64,000 nt of DNA from an uncultured delta proteobacterium (GTDB taxonomy: Bacteria; Desulfobacterota; Binatia; Binatales; Binataceae). How positions within the stretch are numbered: position 1 is the stretch's first letter; every line of letters starts with the position of its first letter. Of the stretch, positions 19,422 through 32,076 are shown piece after piece. The notes below the pieces were generated by a model. That model searched no databases. It saw only the letters and a program-made list of their open reading frames with translations, and was not told where the DNA came from. The translations under genes were made by a program, and so were the position numbers. The stretch spans positions 384,001-448,000 of the forward strand of contig CAVXXK010000001.1 in assembly GCA_963765675.1 (NCBI GenBank), given 5' to 3'.

Positions 19422-21569
19422 CTATTCATACCGGAGCGCGTCGATTGGATGGAGCAGCGAGGCTTTGCGGGCTGGGTAGTAGCCGAAGAAGACGCCGACT
19501 GCCGCCGCGAAGATGAAGCCGCCGGCGATCGACGTGGGGGATACCAGCGTCGGCCATCCTGCCAGCGCTGAAATCAGTTTCGACGCCACGATCCCAAGGA
19601 TCGCGCCCGCGATTCCGCCGAGCGCGCTCAGCAGCACCGCTTCGACCAAAAATTGCAGCAGGATATGTATCCGCCGCGCGCCGATCGCCATCCGGATTCC
19701 GATCTCGCGCGTGCGCTCGGTCACCGAAACCAGCATGATATTCATGATTCCGATTCCGCCGACCAGCAGCGAAATCGACGCGACCGCGGCCAGCAGGATC
19801 GTCATCACGCCGCTCTGCTTTTCCGACGCCTGCGCGATTTCATTCAGGCTGCGCACCGTGAAATCGTCATCCTGGCCGGGCTGGATATGATGATGCCGAT
19901 GCAGCGATTTGCGTGATCTCGCTCATCGCTGCATCGACCTCGGCCGCGCTCTTGGCCTGCACATAGATCAGGTTGACGACCCCGGTGATTTTCGGCGGCG
20001 CTCCGAATGGGCTGACCTCGGCGGTGGCGAGCTGTAGATCGAATTGGCGGTCGGCAGGCCGTGTAAGGATTCTCGACCGTCGGGGTGGCGGTGGCGACCG
20101 CGACCGAAGTAGAGGGCGCCGACACTCCAAGCACTTTGCGCTCCGCAGTCTCGAACGGGATCAGCACGATATCGTCCTGATCCTGCCCCCATTGCGACTG
20201 GCCTTTGACCGAGAGCACGCCGATTACCCGCAGCGGAAAATTCTTGACCCGCACCATCGCCCCGACCGGATTTTGCTGTTCGCCAAAAAGATTGTTCGAC
20301 CACCGTCTGGCCGAGCAGCAGACCGGTGCGGCGGTCTGGTCGTCCTCATCGGTCATCGCGCGGCCCGAGGTCACCGGCCATTCACGGATATTCTGATATT
20401 CGGCGGTGATTCCTTCGATACTGGTACTCCAGTTCGGTTTCCGTTGACGATCTGCGCGATTTGCCGGTCCATATAGCTTACGCGTGAGGATCGCGCGCAC
20501 TTCCTTGCGGATCGCGAGCGCGTCGTCCGGTCGTTGAGGGTCGAAGTCGAGCCGAAGCCGCGCGCGGACGCCGTTGGAAGTCGTCGCGCCGGGCAGTACC
20601 ACGATCAAATTGGTGCCGAGGCTCTGGAGTTGCGCCTGCACCGAGGCGCGCGCCCCGTCTCCGACCGCGACCATCGCGATCACCGCCGCCACACCAATAA
20701 AGATGCCGAGCATCGTCAGCGCCGCGCGCATCTTGTTGCGGCGCAGCGCACGTGGCCGCCGCAGATCACCGCCATCGCGGCAAAGGTCAGCGCCTCATCG
20801 GCGGAAGAGGTGATGTTGCCGGGTGTCGTCCACGTGCGAGCGCCGGGCGCGGCTGTCCCGATGATCGGCATGCGGCGCGCCGGGTTTGCGCACGTCCGAG
20901 ACTACCTGCCCGTCGCGAAAGCTTATCGTGCGATCTGCGTATGCGCCGACATCGGGATCGTGCGTCACCAGGATTATCGTGATGCCCTGCTCGCGGTTGA
21001 GCCGCGTGATGATCTCCATGATTTCGGTGGAGCTGGTCGAATCGAGGTTTCCAGTCGGCTCGTCGGCCAGCACGATCGACGGCTGATTGATTAGCGCCCG
21101 CGCGATCGCGACCCGTTGCTGTTGTCCGCCCGAGAGCTGGTTGGGATGGTTCTGCGCGCGCCCGGTCAGCCCCACCAGCTTGAGCAGTTCTTCGGCGCGA
21201 TGCTCCCTGTGATGGTTCCATGCGGAATAGAACAGCGGCAGTTCGACGTTTTCGAGCGCACTGGTGCGTGCGAGCAGGTTGAAGCTCTGAAACACGAATC
21301 CGATTCTGCCGGCTCCGGATCGCCGCGAGATCTTCTTCGGCCAGGGCGGCCACGTCCTCACCTTCGAGCAGGTAGCGCCCTCGCGTGGGCCGATCCAGGC
21401 ATCCGAGGATATTCATCAGGGTCGATTTCCCCGACCCCGACGCACCCATCACCGCCACGAACTCGCCCCGATCGATAGTAAGCGACACTCCGCGCAGTGC
21501 GTTAACCTCGACCTCGCCCAGCACGTAGGTTTTCCAGAGATCAACCAATTCGATGACTGGCATCGTCAT
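19422..21569 (-). pseudogene. macB: MacB-type ABC transporter (ATPase plus permease, probably fused) broken by multiple frameshifts; pseudogene or sequencing errors
   Basis: [58 protein letters not shown] and ALRYE are spread over several frames. Confidence 0.8.
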
Positions 21570-21641
21570 TGTTCCTGCGAGACTAATGCGGGAAATGCAG
21601 GGCACGGTGCGCTTGGCGCTCTGGGCATCTGGATTCGTCGG

Positions 21642-22790
21642 TCACCACCAGATCGCCGGGCTTTCAGCGCTCCGCTCAGCACCTCGGCGTTTACGCCGTC
21701 GTCGAGGCCGACCGCTGACGGTGACCGGCTCGATCCCGCCGCCCGACGGAATCCATACCTGCGTGTTGCGGGTCGACGAGCGCGTCGTTGCCCGACACCG
21801 GATCGGCGGCGGACGCCACGATTTTTGCGAACCGCGCGGCTTGAAGCGCAAAGCGTCGAGCGGCAGCCGCACCACCTGGTCGCGCCGCGCGGTGGTGATC
21901 GTCACGTTGGCGGTCATCCCCGGCTTGAGCAGCAACTCGGGGTTATCGACATTCACGACCACGTCGTAAGTCACGACGTTCTGCACCGTGATCGGAGCCT
22001 GGCGCACCTGTCCGACGGTTCCCTGAAACATCCGATCCGGGAACGCATCCACTTTGAAGTCGGCCGGCTCGCCCTTCTTCACGTAGCCGATATCGGATTC
22101 ACTTACGCTCGCATCGACCTGCATCTTGGTCAGGTCCTGCGCGACCAGAAACAGCACCGGAGTCTGAAAGCTCGCCGCGACCGTCTGTCCGACATCGACG
22201 TTGCGCGCGACCACGGTGCCGTCCACCGGCGACCTGATATCAGTGTAGTTCAAGTTGAGCTGCGCCTGTTTGAGCGTGGCTTCCTGCTGCTGGATAGCGG
22301 CTTTGTCCAGCGCGATCTGCGCGACCGCCTGGTTGTAGGTGCTGAACTGGCTGTCGATCTGGTCCTGGGAATCGACTTCCTCCGCGAGCAGTTTCTTATC
22401 GCGCTCGTAGGTGACCTTCTGATAGGCGAGGTTCGCCTGGTCCTTCAAGAGCTGCGCCTTGGCGTTGGCAACCGCGGCGGTGGAAAGCGCGACCGTCGCG
22501 GCGTACGGACGCGGATCGATCTTGGCGATTATCTGCCCCTGTTTCACCGGCGAATTGAAGTCGGCAGAGATCTGCGTGATCGGTCCGGACACGTATGTGC
22601 CGACCTGCACCGTCGTGACCGGATTGACGGTTCCGGTCGCAGCTACCGAGCGGACGATCGAGCCCGAGGTCACCGGCGCCGTCACGAATCGGGTCCCGTC
22701 GCCCCTTCCGTGCATGAAATACCACGCGATCAGGATGACGACGACCGCGCCGAGGCTGATCCGCGCGATCCTTGATGAGAAGAGCTTCAT
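21642..22790 (-). CDS. macA: MacA-type periplasmic adaptor (membrane fusion protein); C-terminus probably frameshifted
   Basis: N-terminal anchor, VQVGTYVSG, IRSPVDG, GQTVAASFQTP and LKPGMTANV motifs. Confidence 0.85.
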   Translation of the reverse strand: MKLFSSRIARISLGAVVVILIAWYFMHGRGDGTRFVTAPVTSGSIVRSVAATGTVNPVTTVQVGTYVSGPITQISADFNSPVKQGQIIAKIDPRPYAATVALSTAAVANAKAQLLKDQANLAYQKVTYERDKKLLAEEVDSQDQIDSQFSTYNQAVAQIALDKAAIQQQEATLKQAQLNLNYTDIRSPVDGTVVARNVDVGQTVAASFQTPVLFLVAQDLTKMQVDASVSESDIGYVKKGEPADFKVDAFPDRMFQGTVGQVRQAPITVQNVVTYDVVVNVDNPELLLKPGMTANVTITTARRDQVVRLPLDALRFKPRGSQKSWRPPPIRCRATTRSSTRNTQVWIPSGGGIEPVTVSGRPRRRRKRRGAERSAESPAIWW

Positions 22791-22873
22791 GTTAAGTTGT
22801 CCATTATGACCCGGTGGTCATTCGCAATCCATCCAACCCCCGGCGTCCAGGCCGAGTGCGCACCTACCGATGG

Positions 22874-22902
22874 TTAGACGCGGCATCCACCTTAGGGTTT
22901 CA
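22874..22902 (-). promoter_or_regulatory. Putative ECF-sigma promoter for macAB
   Basis: TGAAAC-N16-CGTCTAA on the minus strand, about 85 nt upstream of the macA start. Confidence 0.65.
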
Positions 22903-22934
22903 GCATCAGTCGTGCCGCTGCAGGAAAGGGGGAA

Positions 22935-24053
22935 TTACCGATCGTTAAGCGGCAGAGCGGCGATGAAGAGTCCTTGCAGATACGCGCGCAAATCGGTGCG
23001 GCCGAGGAGATTGGTGCTATCGGCAAATTGATCGATCCCGCCAATCGGTCCGGCGGCACCATGGATTCGCTTCATCTCCGGATCGATCATCGCGCCCGTG
23101 AGCGCGATCGCGAATCGCTCGGCGTCGAGCACGAGATATGGCCGGTCGTGAAAATGGCGGACGCTGGGATCGAGCGGCGCCGTGACTGCGAGATGATTGT
23201 GCATCCGCGCGATGGCTTCATACGCGGCGCTGAGGTGCGACTCGCGCTGCGAGAAGCTCGCGGCGTCCATCGCCGAGCGCAGGATAGGCGCGAGCTCGCT
23301 CGCACAATCGAGATGCGCGAATGCGGTCCCGAGCCACTTGCTGTAGGGCGCGTAGCGGCGCTCGATTAGAAAGCACAGGCGCATCAGATCGCGGACCATC
23401 CGTCCCGCTACGATCCGCGACCCAAGCTCGTCGCCTGCCTCCGCGCATCTGCCGATGAACGGCTCCTCCTGCGCAATCCGCATCCACTGCGACGCGAGCA
23501 GGTAGAGCCATACGTCGTGCGGATACCACGCGAGCTTCTCGCGAATCGGGATCAGCTCGCCCAGTCCGTCGTGGAAAACGCCTCCTGCAGTGACTTCGAG
23601 CAGCGCCTGCTGCGGCATCAGCAGCCAATCGGCGGCGCTAAGAGCTGGGCCGAGATCGATTCCGAGCATCGCGCGAATGAATTCGTGCAGCGTCGCGGTC
23701 TGCACGTCGTGATTGACGCGGCCGGGCTTCGCGGGTCGAAGTGTCCGCGTGCCGTGCCGGGCGGGATTATCGTAGCCGGTGGAATATCCGCGAAAGGTCG
23801 CGGGCAGATGCGTGGAGAGCTCAGAGATGATTCGCGCGCCGAGCCGATCGCGATCGCCGGCGGAGAGGAACAAAGTCACGCCGGGACCCCATCCGTGATC
23901 GGTCGAACGCTCCGAGTCGTAACCGAGCACGTCCGAGCCGGGGCCGATTCGCGCCGCCGAGTATCGCAGATCAGGAAAGGCGGAAATGAGAATCGGGGCG
24001 ACCGCCTCGCGAAAAAACATCTCGCACAGCAGCAACCCCGGAATGAAAGTCAT
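22935..24053 (-). CDS. DUF4037 domain protein (nucleotidyltransferase-like fold)
   Basis: GPGSDVLGYD...DHGWGP, WYPHDVW and YAPYSKW motifs. Confidence 0.75.
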   Translation of the reverse strand: MTFIPGLLLCEMFFREAVAPILISAFPDLRYSAARIGPGSDVLGYDSERSTDHGWGPGVTLFLSAGDRDRLGARIISELSTHLPATFRGYSTGYDNPARHGTRTLRPAKPGRVNHDVQTATLHEFIRAMLGIDLGPALSAADWLLMPQQALLEVTAGGVFHDGLGELIPIREKLAWYPHDVWLYLLASQWMRIAQEEPFIGRCAEAGDELGSRIVAGRMVRDLMRLCFLIERRYAPYSKWLGTAFAHLDCASELAPILRSAMDAASFSQRESHLSAAYEAIARMHNHLAVTAPLDPSVRHFHDRPYLVLDAERFAIALTGAMIDPEMKRIHGAAGPIGGIDQFADSTNLLGRTDLRAYLQGLFIAALPLNDR

Positions 24054-24087
24054 CGCCGCGAATCTTAAGACGCGGTCGTCTTCTCGC

Positions 24088-25878
<1,791 letters not shown>

Positions 25879-26195
25879 CCGTTCAGAGCGGGTGACGCGA
25901 CCCGGCCCATGCGCTTTCGCCGGCCTATTTTGTGAAGATTGGCCGGGGATGGAACTGACTCAATAGTACAGGCTAGCTCGATTAGGCAAGGCAAAGTTAC
26001 CGAATTAACTACCTTACGCGGCATCGGAAATCGAGTCAAATTTCGTCCTGAATCATCACGACTCGCGATCTTCCATGCGGAATCGCCGGGCGGCAGCCCT
26101 TCTGATTAATTATACGCATGATTCCCGCCCCGCGCTGCACCGCGATCCTCGCCGAAGCTTCGCCTTTTGCGGCCGGCCACGCGCGCATTCTACGG

Positions 26196-26477
26196 TTGTC
26201 ATTCCCGCGCGTGGCTGCCGCGCGAGACCGTACCGGGGGGAGACTGCATATGGTGTTGGCGTTGAGCATGGACGCCTCGGGATTTCTCGCCTTTGGCTCG
26301 AAAATGACGATTGAGGAGTCGGCTGGGATTACGATACTCATGCGCCAAGCCCACATTCGTCATTCCGAGCCATAGGCGAGGAATCCCGGGACGTCCGTGC
26401 TCCGAGCTGTGTTCACGTGCAGTGGACCTCCGTTCGGGATTCCTCGCGCGCGGCAGCCAGGCGCGCGGGAATGACAA
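26196..26477. repeat. Nested palindromic (MITE/REPIN-like) element, about 280 bp
   Basis: Termini TTGTCATTCCCGCGCG / CGCGCGGGAATGACAA; two inverted units of about 110 bp, each bounded by GTCATT...AATGAC. Confidence 0.75.
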
Positions 26478-26579
26478 TTCGGCGTCGGGCCTCATACAAT
26501 ACGCCAGCGACCGGAGTCTCGTTGCGAACGCCGGGACCAAAGAGCATTGAGCTTATAGCCGCTGGTTTCGAGGACCATC

Positions 26580-27509
26580 ATGAACGACGCGTTTCAACAG
26601 GCCTTCAAATCCGAAAATTTGGACGCGATCCGCAAGTGCCCCAAGAGCGATCTGCACAATCATGGATGGGCCGGTGCCGAGCCCGCCGCGGTCGCGGTGA
26701 TCCTCGGGAGGAAATGTGCTCCGCTGGATCATAAGCTCACCTCGATGGACCAGATGCACGCATGGGCTGGCGAGCATTTCGGAAATCCCGATCCGAAGCT
26801 CAGACCCGCGTTGTTCGAGGCGGCGTTTGTTCGAGCGGCTAAAGACGGGCTCGTGCGTTACGAACTCGGCGACGATGTTTGGGCGACCACGCTTGATGGT
26901 TCCGCGGAAAATGTGACCGGCATGCTCAAGCGCGCACACGAACGCGGCGCGCCCGGCGTCGAATGGATTCCGCAGCTCGGGATGTCGCGGCATTGTCGTA
27001 TCGAGGATATTCGCCGCTGGATGGAACCATTTCTGGCGCTTCGCTTCTACCGAACTCTCGACCTTTCTGGCGACGAGTTCGCGCAGCCGATCGAGAATTT
27101 CAAGCCGCTTTATCGGCTCGCGAAGAACAATGGGCTGCGTCTCAAGGCCCATGTCGGCGAGTGGGGTGACGCGGATTCGGTGTGGCGGGCGGTCGAAACG
27201 CTCGAGCTCGACGAAGTGCAGCATGGGATCGCGGCAGCCGGCTCTCCATCGGTGATGCGATTCCTCGCCGAGAATCACATCCGGCTCAACCTCTGCCCGA
27301 CTTCCAACCTGATGCTCGGCAGGATCGAGACGCTTGCCTCACATCCGATCCGAAAGCTCTTTGACGCGGGAGTCCGAGTGACCGTCAACACCGATGACAT
27401 GGCGATGTTCGGTCAGAGTGTCTCGCACGAGTTCCTGAACTTGTACAAAGCCGGATGCCTGAATGAGCAAGAACTCGATCGAATCCGCGAGAACGGCCTT
27501 TCGGATTAA
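26580..27509 (+). CDS. Adenosine deaminase-like amidohydrolase
   Basis: PKSDLHNH, HVGE, HG, CPTSN and NTDD motifs. Confidence 0.82.
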   Translation: MNDAFQQAFKSENLDAIRKCPKSDLHNHGWAGAEPAAVAVILGRKCAPLDHKLTSMDQMHAWAGEHFGNPDPKLRPALFEAAFVRAAKDGLVRYELGDDVWATTLDGSAENVTGMLKRAHERGAPGVEWIPQLGMSRHCRIEDIRRWMEPFLALRFYRTLDLSGDEFAQPIENFKPLYRLAKNNGLRLKAHVGEWGDADSVWRAVETLELDEVQHGIAAAGSPSVMRFLAENHIRLNLCPTSNLMLGRIETLASHPIRKLFDAGVRVTVNTDDMAMFGQSVSHEFLNLYKAGCLNEQELDRIRENGLSD

Positions 27510-27599
27510 CACCGACCTCAGCGTGATCCCCACATACGGTCGCCAAATCTCGCGCGGCGCTGGAAATGATCGGTTGTGCACCTTATTCTCGCTCCGCAA

Positions 27600-28619
27600 A
27601 TGGCTGGTCATGCGATAATCCTGGCGCTCAGCTTCGCGATCATCCTGCTTGGCTCGGAGCTCTTCACCAACGGCGTCGAATGGATGGGCAAGCGGCTCGA
27701 TATCGCAGAGGCCGCGGTCGGCAGCCTGCTCGCCGCCGTCGGCACCGCGCTGCCCGAGACGTTCATTCCTGCGGTCGCGCTGCTGACCGGCCGCAACTCG
27801 GCGGCTGCCCACGACGCGGTCGGAGTCGGCGCGATTATCGGCGCGCCGCTGATGCTCTCGACGGTCGCGCTGTTCGTGATGGGCTGCGCGGCGCTCGGAT
27901 TTAGGCGCCGGCGCGAACGAATCGCCCTGCGAGTCGCGCGCGAGGACGGACGCCGCGACCTGTCGTTTTTCTTTCCAGTTTTTTTTGCCGTAGTGATTCT
28001 GGGCACGCTGCATCTGGGTGTTATTGCGCGCCATTCGGCCGCCGCCGCCCTGCTGATCGTGTACGCGGGCTATTGCGTCGTGATGCTGCGGCTGACGCGC
28101 GCGGAGGGCGTGGAAATCGAGCATGGACTATATTTCGAATCGATCTTCCGCGGCGTCGGCGAGAATCCCCGTGGGTTCGTTATGGCGGTGCAGGTGCTGT
28201 TCGGCGTCGGAGCGATCCTGCTCGGCGCGGTTGAGTTCGTCGATCAGGTGATCCTGTTCTCGCAGCACGCGGGGATTAACCCCGGCGTGTTGTCGCTGAT
28301 CTTGAGTCCGCTCGCGACCGAGCTGCCCGAGAAATACAACTCGGTCGTCTGGATTCGCCAGGGCAAGGACCATCTGGCGCTCGCGAATATTACCGGTGCG
28401 ATGGTCTTTCAATCGTGCATCCCGGTCGCGCTCGGCCTCGCCTTCACGCCATGGATGCTGTCCGCGCCGGAGTTGCTGGCCGCGACGATCGCGCTCGCGT
28501 CGGTCGTGATCCTGTTCATCAACCTGCGCGACTCAGAACTCGGCACGCCAACGCTGATGATCGGCGGAGCGGCGTACGCGATCTTCCTGGGCGGGCTGGC
28601 ATGGCTCGGAGTGCTGTAG
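27600..28619 (+). CDS. Na+/Ca2+ exchanger (CaCA) family membrane protein
   Basis: Two alpha-repeats (GTALPE, ATELPE) and about 10 hydrophobic segments. Confidence 0.85.
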   Translation: MAGHAIILALSFAIILLGSELFTNGVEWMGKRLDIAEAAVGSLLAAVGTALPETFIPAVALLTGRNSAAAHDAVGVGAIIGAPLMLSTVALFVMGCAALGFRRRRERIALRVAREDGRRDLSFFFPVFFAVVILGTLHLGVIARHSAAAALLIVYAGYCVVMLRLTRAEGVEIEHGLYFESIFRGVGENPRGFVMAVQVLFGVGAILLGAVEFVDQVILFSQHAGINPGVLSLILSPLATELPEKYNSVVWIRQGKDHLALANITGAMVFQSCIPVALGLAFTPWMLSAPELLAATIALASVVILFINLRDSELGTPTLMIGGAAYAIFLGGLAWLGVL

Positions 28620-28674
28620 CGGCCGAACCGCGCGATCTGTGTTAGCTTGATGCTGTCAGGACCTTTCCGCTGCG

Positions 28675-30991
28675 ATGAACCAATACCAGGAAATCTCGCG
28701 CCAGTTTTACGAGAACCGGCTTCTGTTCGGCGATCCCGCCGACGCCGGGATCGTCGCGCTCGAAATCGCGTCGCCGACTGAAATCGAAGTCTTCAAACGG
28801 ATCGGAGGCAAGATTGTCCAGGAGCGCCGCCCGCTCGAATTGTTTGTCCTGCTCGATGATCTCGCGCTTTTGAACGGCTTCAAACCCGCGGTCGATACGC
28901 GCGAGCTCGCCGGAGATTTCCGCTACCGGCATCTCGTGAGGTTCAACTCGGGCGACACGCTCGAAGCGTTGAAGTGGCATCTGCGCGATACCACCGGCAT
29001 CGCGGCGAACGCGCCCGGCGCGCCCTACCTGGTCTTCGCCGATCCGGTCGAACAGCATCTGATGCTCACCGGATCGACCTGCTTTATGGGGCTCGAGCTC
29101 GGCGACCTGGTGCGGATGCAGATCGATATCGAGACCTACATCTCGAAGGGCTTCGAGTTTCCCTCCGCCGCGCGCGAGGGCGACCGCGTCGTCGCAATCT
29201 CGATCTCCGACTCGACCGGCTTCGAGCGCCTGCTGCGCGGCAACGAGATGGACGAGCGCGCGATGCTCGAAGAGCTGGTGCGCGTCGTGGCCGAGCGCGA
29301 CCCCGACGTGATCGAGGGACACAACCTGTTCCGCTTCGACCTCGAATATCTCGAGACCCGCGCGCGGCGTCATCGCGTGAAGCTCGCGCTCGGGCGCGGC
29401 GGAGGTGTGTTGCGCGCGCGACCGTCGCGGCTCCAGATCGCGGAACGATCGATCGCGTACCGGCGCTACGACATCCCCGGCCGCAACATTATCGACACCT
29501 GGATCCTCGCGCAGCATTACGATATCGCCAGCCGCGAGCTCGAAGGCTTCGGACTTAAGCAGCTCGCGATTCATTTCGGTCTCGCGCGCAAGGAGCGGGT
29601 TTATCTCGACGCCTCGCGCGTCAGCGAGATTTTCGATCGCGATCCCGAGCGCCTGTTCGAGTACGCACTCGACGACGTGCGCGAGACTCGCGCGCTGGCC
29701 GAGGTGCTGTCGCCAAGCTACTTCGTGCAGGCCAAGATTTTTCCCTACTCGTACCAGAACGTCGTCCTGCGCGGGAACGCGACCCGAATCAACGCGCTTC
29801 TGATACGCTCGTATCTGGCCGCGGGCCACTCGATTCCCGAGCCGCAGAATTCCGCGGCCGTCGCCGGCGGATACACCGAGATGCGCCGATGCGGCGTCGC
29901 ACGCGGAGTTGCGCACTGCGACGTGACCTCGCTGTATCCCTCGCTGATGCTTCAAAATGGTCTCGCGCCCGGCTCGGACCGGCTGGGCGTGTTCCTGAAA
30001 CTGCTCGGCGACTTGCGCACGTTTCGGGTGAAGGCCAAGAGCCTCGCGCGCGAGCTCGAAGGCGCCGAGCGGCGCAACCTCGAGGCGCTGCAGCAGACCT
30101 TCAAGATTCTGATCAACTCGTTTTATGGATACCTCGGTTTCGGGCTCGGCCATTTCAACGACTTCGAGCAGGCGGGCAACGTCACCCGCCGCGGCCGCGA
30201 TCTAATCCAAAGCGCCGTCGCGCAGCTCGAAGCGCAGGGGGCGCAGGTGATCGAAGTCGATACCGACGGGATCTATTTCGTGCCGCCGGTATCGGCCGCG
30301 AGCGATAGCGAGGTTGAGGCGATAGTCGCGAACCTCGAGATTCCCGCAGGGATCAAGCTCGAAATCGACGGACGCTATGCCGCGATGTTCTCCTACAAGA
30401 TGAAGAACTACGTCTTGATGGACCACGCAGGCGCGATTACGGTGCGCGGCTCGGGACTCAAGTCGCGAGGGCTCGAACGCTTTCAGCGCCGCTTCATGGA
30501 AGAAGATTTTCGTGCTCCTGATGAGCGATCGGCGAGCGGAAATTCCGAAACTGTTCGAGGATTGGTACGGGCGCTTCGCACGTCACGAAGTCGGCATCGC
30601 GGATTTCATGAAGACCGAGACGCTGCAGGACTCGCTCGACAACTATCGCCAGAAGATTTCGGGGAGCCGCAGAAATCTTTCGGCCGCATACGAGCTCGCA
30701 CTCAAAGCCGAACGGCCCTATCAGAGCGGCGACCAGATTTCCTATTACGTTGTCGGCCGCACCGATCGGGTCAGGGTCGCAGAGGCCGCCAAGATGGCGT
30801 CGGAATACGACCCCGCCAATCCCGACGAAAACGTCGCCTACTATCAATCCAAACTCGCCGACCTGTACGAAAAATTTCGTCCGTTTATCGAACGGCCAGG
30901 CCTGTTCGTACCGGAACCGGAACAAGAATCCGGCCAGCAAGAACTCTTCGCGACGCCCGCCAAATCCCCCGATCAGGATTCCGTCGAGTAG
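28675..30991 (+). CDS. polB: Family B DNA polymerase with 3'-5' exonuclease; +1 indel near 30503
   Basis: Exonuclease motifs DIET, GHN..FD and YALDD; polymerase motifs DVTSLYPS, KILINSFYGY, DTDG and K.Y. The C-terminus continues in ORF 30512-30991. Confidence 0.88.
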
Positions 30992-31046
30992 CGAATCGCG
31001 CTTGCGGGTTAGTTCGAGATTTGACGGCTCTCGATGCTTAATGAGT

Positions 31047-31186
31047 GTCATTCGCGCGCGGGTGGCTGCTGCGCGCGAGGCCCGGACGAAGGGGCACTGC
31101 ATGACGCGCGGACGCTGCGCATGGACGCCTCGGGATTTCTCCCTTCGGTCGAAATGACGAATGTTGGCTTGGTGCATGACTATCGT
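31047..31186. repeat. Second, partial copy of the GTCATTC...AATGAC palindromic element
   Basis: Shares GCATGGACGCCTCGGGATTTCTC with the 26196 element, plus the reverse complement of its spacer (CATGCGCCAAGC..CATTC). Confidence 0.75.
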
Positions 31187-31230
31187 TGCCTTATCCGGGC
31201 TCCCGATCGTTATTCCAAGCTCGATGACTA

Positions 31231-31260
31231 TTGACTGAATGAATCATTCAGTTATAGATT
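31231..31260 (+). promoter_or_regulatory. Promoter with overlapping palindromic operator (probable TetR autoregulation)
   Basis: TTGACT -35; 9-bp inverted repeat ACTGAATGA-A-TCATTCAGT (31234-31252); TATAGATT -10 region. Confidence 0.65.
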
Positions 31261-31278
31261 TGGCCGTGAGAAGAAAAC

Positions 31279-32076
31279 ATGGCCAGAACCAAACCCGCCG
31301 ATCGCATCCCGAGCCTCATCAACGCCGCGATCCGCGTGTTCGCGACGAAGGGCTTTAGGCGCGCGCAGATGGCCGACATCGCGCGCGCGATGGGCGTGTC
31401 CCCAGGTTTGCTCTACAACTACGTCGAGAGCAAAGAGGCGCTTTTCTACCTCGTTATCGATCGCGGTTTCAGCCGCCGGCCTTCCGGGGAGCCACCGACC
31501 TTTCCCGTGCGCACTCCTGCGCCCGGCGCGCTCGTCAAACTGATTGCCGAACGCTTCCGGCAAGAAGCCGGGGCTCCTACACTCTTGGCCGCGCTCAAGC
31601 GCATACGCGCCGAGAACCCATCTATCGAACTTGAAAGTATCGTGCGCGAGCTTTATTCGAACATGTATCGCACCGCGCATGTGACCGCGATGCTCGATCG
31701 TTCCGCGCTCGACCTGCCCGAACTCGCGGAGCTCTATTTTGGCAGGATGGTTGGCGGGGTCGTCGCCGCACTCACCCACCTTATCGAATCGCGCGTCGAG
31801 GCGGGTCAGTACCGGCCGGTTCCGCATCCCGCCGTCGCCGCACGGCTTGTTGTCGAGACTATTGCATGGTTCGCCCGAAACCGCCGCGGCGATCGCGCGT
31901 CGCACATCGACGATGAGGCCGCCGAAGAAACGACCGTTGATTTTATCGTGAACTCGCTGGTCGCAACACGCAGCCGGCCGAGTCTCGCGAGGCCCCCGAA
32001 ACCACTCGCGTTCCCCCGCAGCAACAAGATGGTGCCACGTCCGGCATCGGACCAAGGAGACCACAATGTCACATGA
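31279..32076 (+). CDS. TetR/AcrR family regulator
   Basis: AAIRVFATKGF...IARAMGVSPGLLYNYVESKEAL HTH. Confidence 0.88.
   Translation: MARTKPADRIPSLINAAIRVFATKGFRRAQMADIARAMGVSPGLLYNYVESKEALFYLVIDRGFSRRPSGEPPTFPVRTPAPGALVKLIAERFRQEAGAPTLLAALKRIRAENPSIELESIVRELYSNMYRTAHVTAMLDRSALDLPELAELYFGRMVGGVVAALTHLIESRVEAGQYRPVPHPAVAARLVVETIAWFARNRRGDRASHIDDEAAEETTVDFIVNSLVATRSRPSLARPPKPLAFPRSNKMVPRPASDQGDHNVT

Noticed and set aside
22890-22900. 11-mer AAACCCTAAGG (minus strand) shared with the leader near 57896-57906
   Set aside because: The second site lacks the CGTC -10 element; two occurrences cannot be told apart from chance.
26196-26477. CRISPR array or tRNA
   Set aside because: The units are inverted rather than regularly spaced direct repeats, and there is no cloverleaf or cas gene.
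28675-30991. polB as part of a casposon or pipolin
   Set aside because: No cas1, integrase or tRNA target nearby; the flanking repeats look like a dispersed family rather than terminal repeats.
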